From assembly GCF_009909105.1 (NCBI RefSeq), contig NZ_JAAAPK010000002.1, positions 285,827 through 349,826 on the forward strand: DNA of 64,000 bases, read 5' to 3'. The number at the start of each line of letters is the position of its first letter. Positions within the stretch are counted from its first letter, which is position 1. The DNA is from Corallococcus exiguus. Lineage in GTDB: Bacteria > Myxococcota > Myxococcia > Myxococcales > Myxococcaceae. The notes under the pieces were generated by a model that was given only the letters and a program-made list of their open reading frames with translations, was not told the DNA's origin and did not search any database. Of this stretch, positions 36,303 through 47,340 are shown piece after piece. The position numbers and the translations under genes were made by a program.

Positions 36303-37265
36303 TCAGGGCAGAAGAGGGGGGACCGCGACCCGGTACGCGCGGAAGGGCAGGGCCGGGGTCCCCGGCGTGCCGAAGAAGAACCCCATCTGCGACTCCAGCA
36401 CCCACGCGCCGTCCTTCGTGATCGCGGCGGCGGTCGGCTCCACGAAGCCGTTGGCGAGCACCTCCTTCGCGCCAGCGCCTTCACCCAGCGTCACCAGCGA
36501 AGCCCGCCCCACCGTGTTCTCCACGACGAACAGCCGGCCCGAATCCACCCACTCGACCCCGTCCGGCGTCTCCAGCGCCGGCGTCACCGGGATGTTCACG
36601 GGCGCCGCCGCGCTGCCATCCGGCTGGATATCGATGGAGAACAGCGCGCCCGTGTCGCTCTTCACGACGTAGAGCCGGTTCGCCCCGTCGTAGGCGATGC
36701 CGTTGAGCGTGATGAGGCCCGGCTCGGAGGGCTCGTACGCGGCATCCGAGGACCACGTGTCGAGCGCCGTCCCACCCACGGCCAGCCGGAAGACCGCGTT
36801 CCCGAACGAGTCCGTCACGTACACGTTGCCCGCGGCATCGACGGCGACGTCGTTGCAGAAGCTGACCTGGCTGGGCATGGCATGGCTGGCCTTCAGGGCA
36901 CCCGTGGAGAGCGCATACCCGTTCAGGTACGAGGCCTGCGCGGGCAGCAGCAGGTCGTCGTAGGTGCAGGCCCAGAGCGTGTCGTGGGCCTCATCCACCT
37001 CGAGCCCGTAGACGCCGAATGAGGCCCGGCCCGGGACGAAGACCTCGGCCCCCAGCGAGCCCGGCTTGACGCGCGCGATGGCGCCGGTGCCCAGGCTGCC
37101 CGCGTAGAGCGTGCCGTCCTTCGAGGCCGCGATGCCCTCTGGAAAGAAGGCCTCGCCGGGCCACTGCACCTCGGTGGGGATGGAGGGGGCATCGTCGGGG
37201 AACGGCTCGCAGGCGGAGACGGTGGCGGCGAGGGTGACGACGGACAGCCAGGAAGAGACGCGCAT
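36303..37265 (-). CDS. NHL/SMP-30-gluconolactonase-like beta-propeller lipoprotein.
   Basis: Signal peptide and lipobox 'SVVTLAATVSAC'. Repeated 'YVTDSFGNAVFR' / 'LYVV...G' motifs. Confidence 0.6.
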   Translation of the reverse strand: MRVSSWLSVVTLAATVSACEPFPDDAPSIPTEVQWPGEAFFPEGIAASKDGTLYAGSLGTGAIARVKPGSLGAEVFVPGRASFGVYGLEVDEAHDTLWACTYDDLLLPAQASYLNGYALSTGALKASHAMPSQVSFCNDVAVDAAGNVYVTDSFGNAVFRLAVGGTALDTWSSDAAYEPSEPGLITLNGIAYDGANRLYVVKSDTGALFSIDIQPDGSAAAPVNIPVTPALETPDGVEWVDSGRLFVVENTVGRASLVTLGEGAGAKEVLANGFVEPTAAAITKDGAWVLESQMGFFFGTPGTPALPFRAYRVAVPPLLP

Positions 37266-37341
37266 GGGGCTTCCTCGGTGAGGCCCGGAAGGGGCCTTTC
37301 GACGCCCTGACACCGGCCGGGAAAAACCTTGCAGCGAAAGT

Positions 37342-38331
37342 TCAGCCCCCCGGACCGAGCAGCCGCGTCAGGCTGAGGTCCACCTGGCTCACGACCAGCG
37401 CCGCGATGCTGTCCACCGAGGACGCACCCACCCCCAGGCGTTCGCACAGCCGCCGCGTCGTGGTCTCCGCCACCTGCTCACGCGCGCGGCTGAGCCAACG
37501 TGAGACAGTGGACATGTGCACGCGGTAGAGCGCCGCGATGGCGTCCAGGGACAGCGCCTCCACGTGATACAGGCGCATCAGCGTGCGGTCCCGGTCGGAC
37601 AGCTCACCCAGCGCCGTGCGCACGGCCTCCGTGAAGGCCTCGCGGTATCGCGAGCGCAGGTGTTCGAGCTCCGGCCCCAGCTGTTCACCGAACGCGGACT
37701 CAACGGAGTCCTGCGCGGCGGTGTCGGCCCGGGCCTCGGAGCGCTTGAGGTTGAGCGCGATGCGCAGCGCCGCCACCCGCACCCATCCCCCCAGCGCGCC
37801 GCCGCCGGTGAACTCCGAAATCTTCGGCTCACAGCCAGCGGCCGCCGTGAACAGCTTCTCCCGGAGCACCTGCCGCACCTCCGCGACGAAAGCGGGCGAG
37901 CGGTCCACGCCGGACACGAACGCGCCGACATCGCGCAGGTAGCCGTCCTCGAAGAACTGGAGCGCGGCGCGGTCGTGCCGCAGGCACCCGAAGGCCAGAT
38001 ACAACTCCGAGAAGGCAGGCGAGGCCCCTTCGAGCGCCTCCAGCAGCCCCTTCGGAGACGTCAATCGCTCAGCGACGAACACCACGAAGGCGAGCGCCTC
38101 CAGCTCCAGTCCGGGCCAGCGCGACCGGGCGCGCTCGAGCGACGCGCGGAGCAGCTCCTCCAAGCGCGAGGGCTCCGCAAGCGAAGCAGGCGCGTGGCCA
38201 GGAGCCGCGAGAAAGGCGGAGGCCAAAGGAGTGGGAGCCGGGGACACGCCTGGGACGCTACCACCCCCACCGGGCGGACGAAGGCCACCGCCCGCCCGAG
38301 CCCACGTTGCTCGTGACCCCCGGAGTTCCAC
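37342..38331 (-). CDS. RNA polymerase sigma-70 family factor (ECF-like). N-terminal extension or start uncertain.
   Basis: Region 4 HTH '[44 protein letters not shown]'. Region 2-like '[27 protein letters not shown]'. Confidence 0.7.
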   Translation of the reverse strand: MELRGSRATWARAGGGLRPPGGGGSVPGVSPAPTPLASAFLAAPGHAPASLAEPSRLEELLRASLERARSRWPGLELEALAFVVFVAERLTSPKGLLEALEGASPAFSELYLAFGCLRHDRAALQFFEDGYLRDVGAFVSGVDRSPAFVAEVRQVLREKLFTAAAGCEPKISEFTGGGALGGWVRVAALRIALNLKRSEARADTAAQDSVESAFGEQLGPELEHLRSRYREAFTEAVRTALGELSDRDRTLMRLYHVEALSLDAIAALYRVHMSTVSRWLSRAREQVAETTTRRLCERLGVGASSVDSIAALVVSQVDLSLTRLLGPGG

Positions 38332-38374
38332 CGGCGAGAATGCCGGAGCGGTTCACTTGCCAGAGGACACTGCC

Positions 38375-39463
38375 ATGCGCGTCATCAACTTCAATCCCGG
38401 CCCGGCCGGTCTTCCCACGGCAGCGCTGGAGCGGGCCCGGGACGAGCTGCTCGACTTCCAGGGCACGGGGATGTCGATCATCGAGCACAGCCACCGGGGC
38501 AAGGCGTTCGAGGCCGTCCACAACGAGACCCTCGCCCTCGTGAAGGAGCTGCTGGCGGTTCCGGACACCCACGAGATCCTCTTCCTCCAGGGCGGCGCCT
38601 CGCAGCAGTTCGCGCAGGTGCCCATGAACTTCATGCCCCAGGGCGGCTCCGCGGACTACGTGGTGACGGGAGGCTGGAGCGAGAAGGCGGTGGACGAGAC
38701 GCGCTACTACGGCACGCCGCGCATCGCCGCGAACACGGTGGACAAGGACAAGCGCTTCACGCGAGTCCCCACCCAGGCCGAGCTCCAGTTGGATCCGAAG
38801 GCCGCCTACGTCCACATGACGAGCAACAACACGCTCTTCGGGACGCAATGGCACACGTTCCCGGACGTGGGTCAGGTGCCGCTGGTGGCGGACATGAGCT
38901 CCGACATCCTGTGGAAGCCCATCGACGTGAGCCGCTTCGCGCTCATCTACGCCGGAGCCCAGAAGAACATCGGGCCGTCAGGCATCGTCCTGGTGCTGGT
39001 GGAGAAGTCCTTCATGGCGAAGGGCCGCAAGGACATCCCGAAGATCTTCCGCTACACGACCTACGCGGAGAACAACTCGCTCTACAACACGCCCCCGACC
39101 TTCTCCATCTACCTCTGCCGCAACGTGCTCTCGTGGATCAAGGGCGTGGGCGGCCTGAAGCAGGTGGAGGCCTGGAACCGCGAGAAGGGCGACCTGCTGT
39201 ACACGGCCATCGACCGCAACGCGGGCTTCTACCGGGCCCCGGTGGAGAAGGCGTCGCGCTCGTACATGAACGTCGTGTTCCGCCTGCCGGATGAAAAGCT
39301 GGAAGAGGCCTTCGTGGCCGAAGGCGCCAAGGCCGGCATGGTGGGCATGAAGGGCCACCGCATCACGGGCGGCATCCGCGTGTCGCTGTACAACGCGGTG
39401 ACCGTGGATCACGTGAAGACGCTCGTCTCATTCATGGACGACTTCGCGAAGCGCAACGGATAG
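38375..39463 (+). CDS. serC: Phosphoserine aminotransferase.
   Basis: '[14 protein letters not shown]...' N-terminus and '[12 protein letters not shown]' PLP-lysine region. Confidence 0.85.
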   Translation: MRVINFNPGPAGLPTAALERARDELLDFQGTGMSIIEHSHRGKAFEAVHNETLALVKELLAVPDTHEILFLQGGASQQFAQVPMNFMPQGGSADYVVTGGWSEKAVDETRYYGTPRIAANTVDKDKRFTRVPTQAELQLDPKAAYVHMTSNNTLFGTQWHTFPDVGQVPLVADMSSDILWKPIDVSRFALIYAGAQKNIGPSGIVLVLVEKSFMAKGRKDIPKIFRYTTYAENNSLYNTPPTFSIYLCRNVLSWIKGVGGLKQVEAWNREKGDLLYTAIDRNAGFYRAPVEKASRSYMNVVFRLPDEKLEEAFVAEGAKAGMVGMKGHRITGGIRVSLYNAVTVDHVKTLVSFMDDFAKRNG

Positions 39464-39478
39464 CTCGCTCACCGGTCC

Positions 39479-39501
39479 ACGTGTCTCAATTCGAGACACG
39501 T
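39479..39501. promoter_or_regulatory. Perfect palindrome ACGTGTCTC-aattc-GAGACACGT downstream of serC and upstream of the polysaccharide genes. Terminator and/or operator.
   Basis: Read from the sequence. Shares the GTCTC...GAGAC core with sites at ~49315 and ~55076. Confidence 0.45.
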
Positions 39502-39546
39502 TCCGGTGAAGTTGCTCCCTGTGGCTGTGTTTGATTGTATTGCCCA

Positions 39547-40293
39547 ATGACTCCCACAGGGGCGAAGCGACTCTTCCGGGCCGTGGTGCCCGACGGCATC
39601 TATCAGTGGCTGTCTCATCACAAACGCCAGGTCTCCAGGGGGCGGGTGCGGTGGGGCAGCCTGGGCCGGCAGACGCCCATTGGCACGCACTGGGGGCACG
39701 ACCGCGGTCAGCCCATTGATCGCTATTACATCGAGCGCTTCCTGGCGCGGCACGCGGCTGACGTCCAGGGCCGAACGCTGGAGGTCGGGGACGCGCGCTA
39801 CACGCGGCGGTTCGGCGCCAGCCGCGTCACCCGCTCCGACATCCTCCACGCGCTTCCTGGGAACCCGGAAGCCACCTTCGTGGGAGACATCGCCCACGCG
39901 GTCGACATCCCCTCGGATGCGTTCGACTGCGTCCTCTTCACCCAGGTGCTGCAGTACGTCTTCGATGTCCAGGCCGCAGTGCGGGAACTGCACCGCATCC
40001 TCCAGCCTGGCGGCGTGGCGCTGCTGACCGTGCCCGGCATCATCAAGGTGGACTGGGGCGCGATGGAGCAGTGGCCGGACTGCTGGCGGTTCACCTCCCG
40101 CTCCGTCCACCGCCTCTTTGAGCAGTCCTTCGGCCCCGGCAACGTGCGGGTGGAGTCCTTCGGGAACGTCCGCGCCGCGGTCGCGACCCTGCACGGCCTG
40201 GCCCGGGAGGACCTGCGAACCGCCGACCTCGACGTGCATGACCCCCACTACGAAGTCGTCATCGGCGTCCGCGCCGTGAAGTCCCGGGGCTGA
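39547..40293 (+). CDS. Class I SAM-dependent methyltransferase.
   Basis: 'LEVGDARYTRRF' (motif I-like) and 'LQPGGVALLTVP' (motif III-like). A TTG at 39535 is an alternative start. Confidence 0.6.
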   Translation: MTPTGAKRLFRAVVPDGIYQWLSHHKRQVSRGRVRWGSLGRQTPIGTHWGHDRGQPIDRYYIERFLARHAADVQGRTLEVGDARYTRRFGASRVTRSDILHALPGNPEATFVGDIAHAVDIPSDAFDCVLFTQVLQYVFDVQAAVRELHRILQPGGVALLTVPGIIKVDWGAMEQWPDCWRFTSRSVHRLFEQSFGPGNVRVESFGNVRAAVATLHGLAREDLRTADLDVHDPHYEVVIGVRAVKSRG

Positions 40294-40347
40294 GCCACCG
40301 CGTCGGCCCACGCGCTACGGCATACGGGCTGCAATGGTCAGGGGTGC

Positions 40348-41850
40348 ATGGCCCCTGAGAGATCGCTCCTGAGGATGAGCGTCGACGTGCTCGCGTCGTG
40401 CGCTCGGCACGTGGTGCAGATCGTGACGGGGCTGGCGACGGTCGCGCTGGTGGTGCGTCTGCTCGGTCCGGAGAGCCTCGGCGCCTGGGGCGTCCTTGGC
40501 ACGACGGGCTTCCTCCTCGGGTTGTCGGACCTGGGCCTCAGCATCGCCGTCCAACGCACGGCGGCCAGACCGGACGATGCCGCCACGCGCCAGCTCATCC
40601 GCCTCACGCTGCTGGTGGTGACGCTCGTCTGTCCCTGTCTCTGCGTCTGTGCGTACGTGTTCTTCCTCCACCTCCCGTCCGCGTCCGAAGCGCTGCGGGC
40701 GGACGTGGCCCGCGCCGCGCTTCCGGTCCTCTCGGCAGGACTCGCGGGCTCGCTGGCGGCACCGTTGCGTGCGTTCCTGCTGATGCGGGGCGCCAACACC
40801 TCGCTCGCCTGGGCGCGCGCCATCGGAGCCGCGAGCCAGATTGCGTTGACGGCGGCGGTGCTCGGCACCACGCGCTCGTTGCTGGGGCCGGCGCTGGGGC
40901 TGTTCGCGGGAGGCACGCTGGAGCTCCTGCTCCTAGCGGCGGTGTCCAGGCGCATCGACCCGCACCTCTCGCTGCGTCCTGGATGGCCGGCGGATCCGGC
41001 CCAGGTGCGCAGCGCGTTCCGGCAGGGCGCCGCGGCCCTGGCCATGAACGTGGGCATCGCGGCGGCGGTCCGCGCGGATGTCCTCATCCTGACCCGCTCC
41101 GCGTCCCTGAGTTCGGTGGGCGCGTATCAGGTGGCCTCCCGCGCCGTGGAGCAGATCCTCGCCTTCGCGAAGCAAGCGGGCGGATGGCTCATCCATCGCC
41201 TCGGAGATGCCCGGCACCGCTCCAGCGCGCTTCGCCTTGGCACGGCCCTTCTGGGCGGCCTGGCCTCCAGCGGTGTCATCGCGCTGGCCCTGGATGGCAC
41301 CGCCCTGCTGGAGGCCTGGGTGGGCGCGCTCGCGCACGACTCCGTCACCATGCTCGCGGTCGTCCTCCTGGGCACCGCGGCGGTCATCGCGGCCGCCGAG
41401 GAGAGCGCGTCCTCGGCCCTGGCCGTGAGCGGTGAGACGCCGTGGCACCTGACCCACCCGGTGCTCATCGGCCACGCGCTGAACGTCGCCGTCTCCATGG
41501 CTGGGGTGCGGTACGCCGGTGCGTGGGCCGTCGCCGGGGGCACCGTCCTCGGAAACGGGGTCATCGCCGTGCTCGTCTGGCGCAAGGTCCGCGCCCTGGT
41601 CCAGTGGACCGTCCGGGAGGTGCTCTGGGCACTGGCCCCGGTCGGAGCCGCGGGCCTCGTGTCGTTCGTCGTGGGCTGGGGGCTCGCGCCGTTCGCCTCG
41701 CGGGGTCCGCTGGGGAGCGCCTGCGTCTGCGCGCTCGTCACGCTGCTGGGGACCGGGATGGCGCTGCTCGTCTGGTGGCGGCGGGATGCACGCCTCGCGG
41801 CGGCGGCATCCACTCCGGTGGGCGGCGCGGTGCCGACGTACGCGCCCTGA
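40348..41850 (+). CDS. Polysaccharide biosynthesis flippase (Wzx / MOP-family, polysacc_synt).
   Basis: About 12 hydrophobic segments. Composition and architecture typical of Wzx-like exporters. Confidence 0.65.
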   Translation: MAPERSLLRMSVDVLASCARHVVQIVTGLATVALVVRLLGPESLGAWGVLGTTGFLLGLSDLGLSIAVQRTAARPDDAATRQLIRLTLLVVTLVCPCLCVCAYVFFLHLPSASEALRADVARAALPVLSAGLAGSLAAPLRAFLLMRGANTSLAWARAIGAASQIALTAAVLGTTRSLLGPALGLFAGGTLELLLLAAVSRRIDPHLSLRPGWPADPAQVRSAFRQGAAALAMNVGIAAAVRADVLILTRSASLSSVGAYQVASRAVEQILAFAKQAGGWLIHRLGDARHRSSALRLGTALLGGLASSGVIALALDGTALLEAWVGALAHDSVTMLAVVLLGTAAVIAAAEESASSALAVSGETPWHLTHPVLIGHALNVAVSMAGVRYAGAWAVAGGTVLGNGVIAVLVWRKVRALVQWTVREVLWALAPVGAAGLVSFVVGWGLAPFASRGPLGSACVCALVTLLGTGMALLVWWRRDARLAAAASTPVGGAVPTYAP

Positions 41851-41853
41851 GGA

Positions 41854-42846
41854 CTACCGCAGCTTCTGCCAGAGGATGCGGAGCAGGAAGAGCGGATTGC
41901 CCAGCAGGTAGCGGACGGCCATCCGGCGGGGCTCCTGGAGCAGGCGATACATCCACTCCAAGCCCAGCTCACGCCAGGCGATGGGCGCGCGTTGGATCCG
42001 GCCCGAGTAGAAGTCGAACAGCCCTCCCACCGTGAGGATGACGGCCTGCGCGGCCCCGGAGAGGTACTCGCGCGCCCACAGCTCCTGCCGGGGGCTGCCC
42101 ATGCCCACCAGCACCAGGCAGGGGCCCAGCCGCGAGATGGACTCCGCCAGCGCGCGGGAGCCAGCGGCGGTGAGGAAGCCGTGCGAGACGATGGGGAGCT
42201 CCAGGCCCGGGTGGGCCCTTCGCAGGTTCTCCGCGCAGGCCTCCGCCACGCCGGGGGCCGCCCCCACCAGCACCACGGGCCAGCCTCGCGCGGGTGCGTG
42301 CTTGCAGAGCAGCGGCAACAGGTCCGTGCCGTTGAGGTTGTGGCGCATGGCCACGCCGAGCAGCGCCGCGCCCACCCGGATGCCAATGCCATCCGGAAGC
42401 ACCATGTCCGCTTCCGCCAGCGCCCGCGCGAGCGCCACGTCGCGTGCCGCCAGGTTCAAGGCGTGCGGGTGCACGATGGACACCAGCTTCGCGCGGCCAC
42501 CTTGTCCTTGCGTGAAGAGCTGCTCCACCGCCTGTTCGAGCGTGAGGTTGTCCACGCGGGCGGAGACGATGAACGGGCGCACTTCGGGCTGGGCGCTCTC
42601 GGGCGGTGCCAACGCGCGAGCCACCGACGTGCGCAACATCACTCCGAAGTCCGTCGCGGGGGTGCGGCCCTGGAGATAGCGCGCCTCCTCGGCGGCAAGG
42701 TCTCCATAAGGCAGTCCGAGCAGCCACCGCGCCTCCACCGGCGACAGGTAGCCGCGCGGCAGCACCTCGTTGAAGCGCGCGCCCACCAGCGGAGCGCGCC
42801 CGCGCAGGACGTCTCGCAGCGAGGCTCGGGGAAGGGGTGCCTTCAT
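41854..42846 (-). CDS. WecB/TagA/CpsF-family glycosyltransferase.
   Basis: 'VLPDGIGI...LVGMGSPRQELW...GLEWMYRLLQEPRR' family motifs. Its start overlaps the upstream stop. Confidence 0.75.
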   Translation of the reverse strand: MKAPLPRASLRDVLRGRAPLVGARFNEVLPRGYLSPVEARWLLGLPYGDLAAEEARYLQGRTPATDFGVMLRTSVARALAPPESAQPEVRPFIVSARVDNLTLEQAVEQLFTQGQGGRAKLVSIVHPHALNLAARDVALARALAEADMVLPDGIGIRVGAALLGVAMRHNLNGTDLLPLLCKHAPARGWPVVLVGAAPGVAEACAENLRRAHPGLELPIVSHGFLTAAGSRALAESISRLGPCLVLVGMGSPRQELWAREYLSGAAQAVILTVGGLFDFYSGRIQRAPIAWRELGLEWMYRLLQEPRRMAVRYLLGNPLFLLRILWQKLR

Positions 42847-43985
42847 CGAACACCTCCCACGGCGCGGCACAGGGCCAGCAGGTCGTCGCCCGTGCGGTCC
42901 CAGCTGCGCTGGCGGGCGTGCCCTGGACCTTCGCGCCGCACCCGCGCGGCCAGTGGCTCATCCCGCACCACCCGCGTCAGCGCCGCCGCCATGTCCCGCT
43001 CGTCGAGCGGATCGCACAACACCCCCAGCTCGCCCACCACCTCTGGAAGCGCACCCGCCCGGGCCGCCAGCACGGGCTTGCCCGCCGCGATGGCCTCCAG
43101 CGCTGGCAGGCCGAAGCCCTCGCACAGTCCCACCGCGATGAGCGCCTCCGCGCCCGCGACCAGGCCCGGGATGAGGCCGTCCTCCAGGTAGCCCAGGATC
43201 CTCACGCGCTCCTGGAGCCCCAGCCGCTGGAGCTCCTCCCGGATGAGCTGCTCGGCGCCCCAATCCGCGCCGGCCAGCACCAGCTGATGGTCCTGACTCA
43301 CCGGGGACGCGGCGAAGGCCCGCAGCAGTCGCAGGTGGTTCTTCCCCGGGTGCTCCAGGCGCGACAGGTACAGCAGATACGGCGCCTTCAAACCCAGTCG
43401 CTCACGGGCCCACGCGGCGCCAGCGCCGTCTCCGAGCGCGAAGCGGTCCGCGTCCACTCCGTTGGGAATGACGTGGATCCGCTCGGGCGCGCAGGACAGG
43501 AAGCTCACCATGTCCCCGCGCGTGGCCTGGCTGACGGCGGCCAGCGCCTCGAAGGACCTCAGCGCCTTGGGCAGAAGCCATCTCACGTAGGTGGTGCGCA
43601 GCCGGTCGTACTTGTCCGGCACGTTGAACTGGGCCAGGTCGTGCACCACGCCCACCGTGGGCAGGCCGGGCCGCAGCGCGACGCGGCGGTTGGCTGCGGG
43701 CAGCAGCAGCACGTCCGCCCCGGCCCCGCGCGCATGCGCTCCGCAGCGGGCGAGGTACCAAGATGCACCCAGCGCGGGCGTGTCGACGACGGCCGGTGCC
43801 ACGGCCCGCTCCGCGCCCACGAGCTCCGTGTCATACGCGGCGAAGTCCCGGGCCGTGCCGAGCGCCACCAGCCGGCCTCCGGTTCGCGCAAGCCCTCGTG
43901 TCAGCCGGGGCAGCATCGCGCGCACATACGTGCCAATGCCCGAGCGCCCCCAATCCGTTCCCCCCAGCGCGACGGCCAGCCTCAC
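42843..43985 (-). CDS. Glycosyltransferase family 4.
   Basis: C-terminal 'GLCEGFGLPALEAIAAGKPVLAA' (EX7E-type GT4 motif). GTG start overlapping the upstream stop. Confidence 0.7.
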   Translation of the reverse strand: MRLAVALGGTDWGRSGIGTYVRAMLPRLTRGLARTGGRLVALGTARDFAAYDTELVGAERAVAPAVVDTPALGASWYLARCGAHARGAGADVLLLPAANRRVALRPGLPTVGVVHDLAQFNVPDKYDRLRTTYVRWLLPKALRSFEALAAVSQATRGDMVSFLSCAPERIHVIPNGVDADRFALGDGAGAAWARERLGLKAPYLLYLSRLEHPGKNHLRLLRAFAASPVSQDHQLVLAGADWGAEQLIREELQRLGLQERVRILGYLEDGLIPGLVAGAEALIAVGLCEGFGLPALEAIAAGKPVLAARAGALPEVVGELGVLCDPLDERDMAAALTRVVRDEPLAARVRREGPGHARQRSWDRTGDDLLALCRAVGGVR

Positions 43986-44536
43986 GGAGCGGCCTCCCCG
44001 GGACGGGACGCCCGCACCACGCGCGCCGGCACGCCCACCGCCACGGACGCAGGGGGAATGGCCCCACGCACCACGCTGGCCGCGCCCACCAGGCACCCGT
44101 CGCCCACGGACGCGCCCGCCAGCACCGTCGTCCCGTTGGCCAGCACCACGCCCCGGCCAATGCGCGTGCCCGCGCCCCGCTGGACGGTGACGCCGTGGAG
44201 CAGGGTGCACTCCGGGCCAATCTCCACCCCATCGCCAATGACGATGTTGAAGGGGTGCGGCAGCCTCAAGCCGGGGCCGATATCATCCGTCCACACATCG
44301 ATGTGGAAGCCCACGCGCAACAGCGTGGACAGGCCCAGTGAAGTGCCCAGTCCGCGCCGGAGCACCGCCCCCCACCGCAGCAGGCCCACCGCCCATAAGG
44401 ACGGATCCGCCAGGGCCGCGGCTCTGGGAAAGCGCGCCCCCCGGTCCCTGACCGCATCCACCACCCGGGCCCTGTCCGAACGCAGGGCGCGCAACGGCTC
44501 CATGCAGGCATGGATTGACTTCGCTGACGCACGCAT
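43982..44536 (-). CDS. Hexapeptide-repeat acetyltransferase (WcaF/serine-acetyltransferase-like).
   Basis: 'IGDGVEIGPECTLLHGVTV...IGRGVVLANGTTVLAGASVGDGCLVGAASVV' left-handed beta-helix repeats. Confidence 0.7.
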   Translation of the reverse strand: MRASAKSIHACMEPLRALRSDRARVVDAVRDRGARFPRAAALADPSLWAVGLLRWGAVLRRGLGTSLGLSTLLRVGFHIDVWTDDIGPGLRLPHPFNIVIGDGVEIGPECTLLHGVTVQRGAGTRIGRGVVLANGTTVLAGASVGDGCLVGAASVVRGAIPPASVAVGVPARVVRASRPGEAAP

Positions 44537-44886
44537 GGGCGGCTGCCGCTTGCAAGGCAGGAACCATGGCGTCGCACGCGCTGCCGGTGCGTGTCAGGTC
44601 GCCTCGGGCCTGTCTGCGTCCCGAACTGGGATGTCTCATCTGGGGACGCCGGGATGTCCCAAACGTAGACAACGCCGGGATTTGTCAAACAGGCCAGAGG
44701 ACAAGTCGTTGGCCGAGCGCATCCGGATCAACCAGAGGGGATGTCTCGACATGCGGGAATGGTCTGTGCAAACGGATGCGTTTGCTGTCCCGCGTACTCC
44801 GATGTGCGAGTGCCCGGCCTCGCGCATCACCGGGACCGGAGGCGTGCTCCCGTCAAGCGCATCCCCCTGTCAGGAGACCCGAAACC

Positions 44887-46302
<1,416 letters not shown>

Positions 46303-46328
46303 CACGCTCCCCGGTGCGCGAGGCGTCG

Positions 46329-47261
46329 TCATCGGGAGAGCCCCAGCAGGCGCAACGCCGCTCGCGACAGGAGCCGGCGCCGCGCGAGCAACAGGGGATC
46401 TCCCAGCGGGAGCAGGGGACCGGTGCCCTCCAGTGAGGCCAGTCCGTCGGGGGTGGCGATGGCATCGCGCACCTCCAGGCCCTCGCCCACCACGGTCTCC
46501 TCTTCCACCACGGCGTTCACCAGACGGGTGCCGCGCTCGATGATGGCGCGCGCTCCAATGAGCGCCCCCGGACCGATCCGCGCTCCGGCGCACACGAGCG
46601 CCTGGGGGCCGATGAGCACGGGAGGGTTCACCTCGGCGCCGCGCTGGAGGAGGGCGCCGCGCGCCACCCAGACCCCCGGTGCCCGCTCAGCCGCGTGGAT
46701 GAGGAGCCGCGAGGTTCCTTCCGCCCGCGGCAGCCGCCCCAGCAGCGCCTTGCAGGCCAGCCGCAGGGCCGCGCCCGGAGTCTCCAGGCGCGCGCCCCAC
46801 CCGGGCAGCTCCTCCTCCGTGACGGGACCGGTGGCAGCGGTGATCAGGTGCACCTCGGCTGGCGCGAAGGGCTCCACGGCCGGTGGTGGCGTCAGCCGGC
46901 CCACGCGCACGCCCCGCTCTGGCGCCCGGCGGTAGAAGGCCGCGAGGTCCGCGTTGCCCAGGACGGTGTCCGGCACCACGAGGAAGGGCGCGTGGGCGGG
47001 AAAGCCCGCCGAGTCCGCGATGACGCCCGGCGGAAACAGCGAAGCCGTGGGGACGAAGACGACGTTGCGGGCCAGCGACTCCTGCTGTGAGACGAGGCTG
47101 CGCAGCTCCTCTCCATGGGCGCCCGCGCCGATGTCGATGGCCACCTTCTCGAAGCCCGACGCGCGCAGCCACTGCAGCTGGCGGGTGACGAGCGGGGGCC
47201 CGGCCACGGACAGGAACCCGGCGCCAGGAGCCGCGGCGCTGCGATGGATGACGGCGAACAT
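46329..47261 (-). CDS. Sugar-nucleotidyltransferase-like protein with a C-terminal hexapeptide-repeat region.
   Basis: 'AIDIGAGAHGEEL' NTP-transferase-like N-terminus. C-terminal 'IGPQALVCAGARIGPGALIGARAIIERGT' hexapeptide repeats. Confidence 0.55.
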   Translation of the reverse strand: MFAVIHRSAAAPGAGFLSVAGPPLVTRQLQWLRASGFEKVAIDIGAGAHGEELRSLVSQQESLARNVVFVPTASLFPPGVIADSAGFPAHAPFLVVPDTVLGNADLAAFYRRAPERGVRVGRLTPPPAVEPFAPAEVHLITAATGPVTEEELPGWGARLETPGAALRLACKALLGRLPRAEGTSRLLIHAAERAPGVWVARGALLQRGAEVNPPVLIGPQALVCAGARIGPGALIGARAIIERGTRLVNAVVEEETVVGEGLEVRDAIATPDGLASLEGTGPLLPLGDPLLLARRRLLSRAALRLLGLSR

Positions 47262-47340
47262 GGTGTCGTCGGTTCCGTTCCTGGGGGGCCCGCCGGACGG
47301 AGGGCTGCCCTGTGATGACGCGCGCGAAGGCGTCTTCCTC

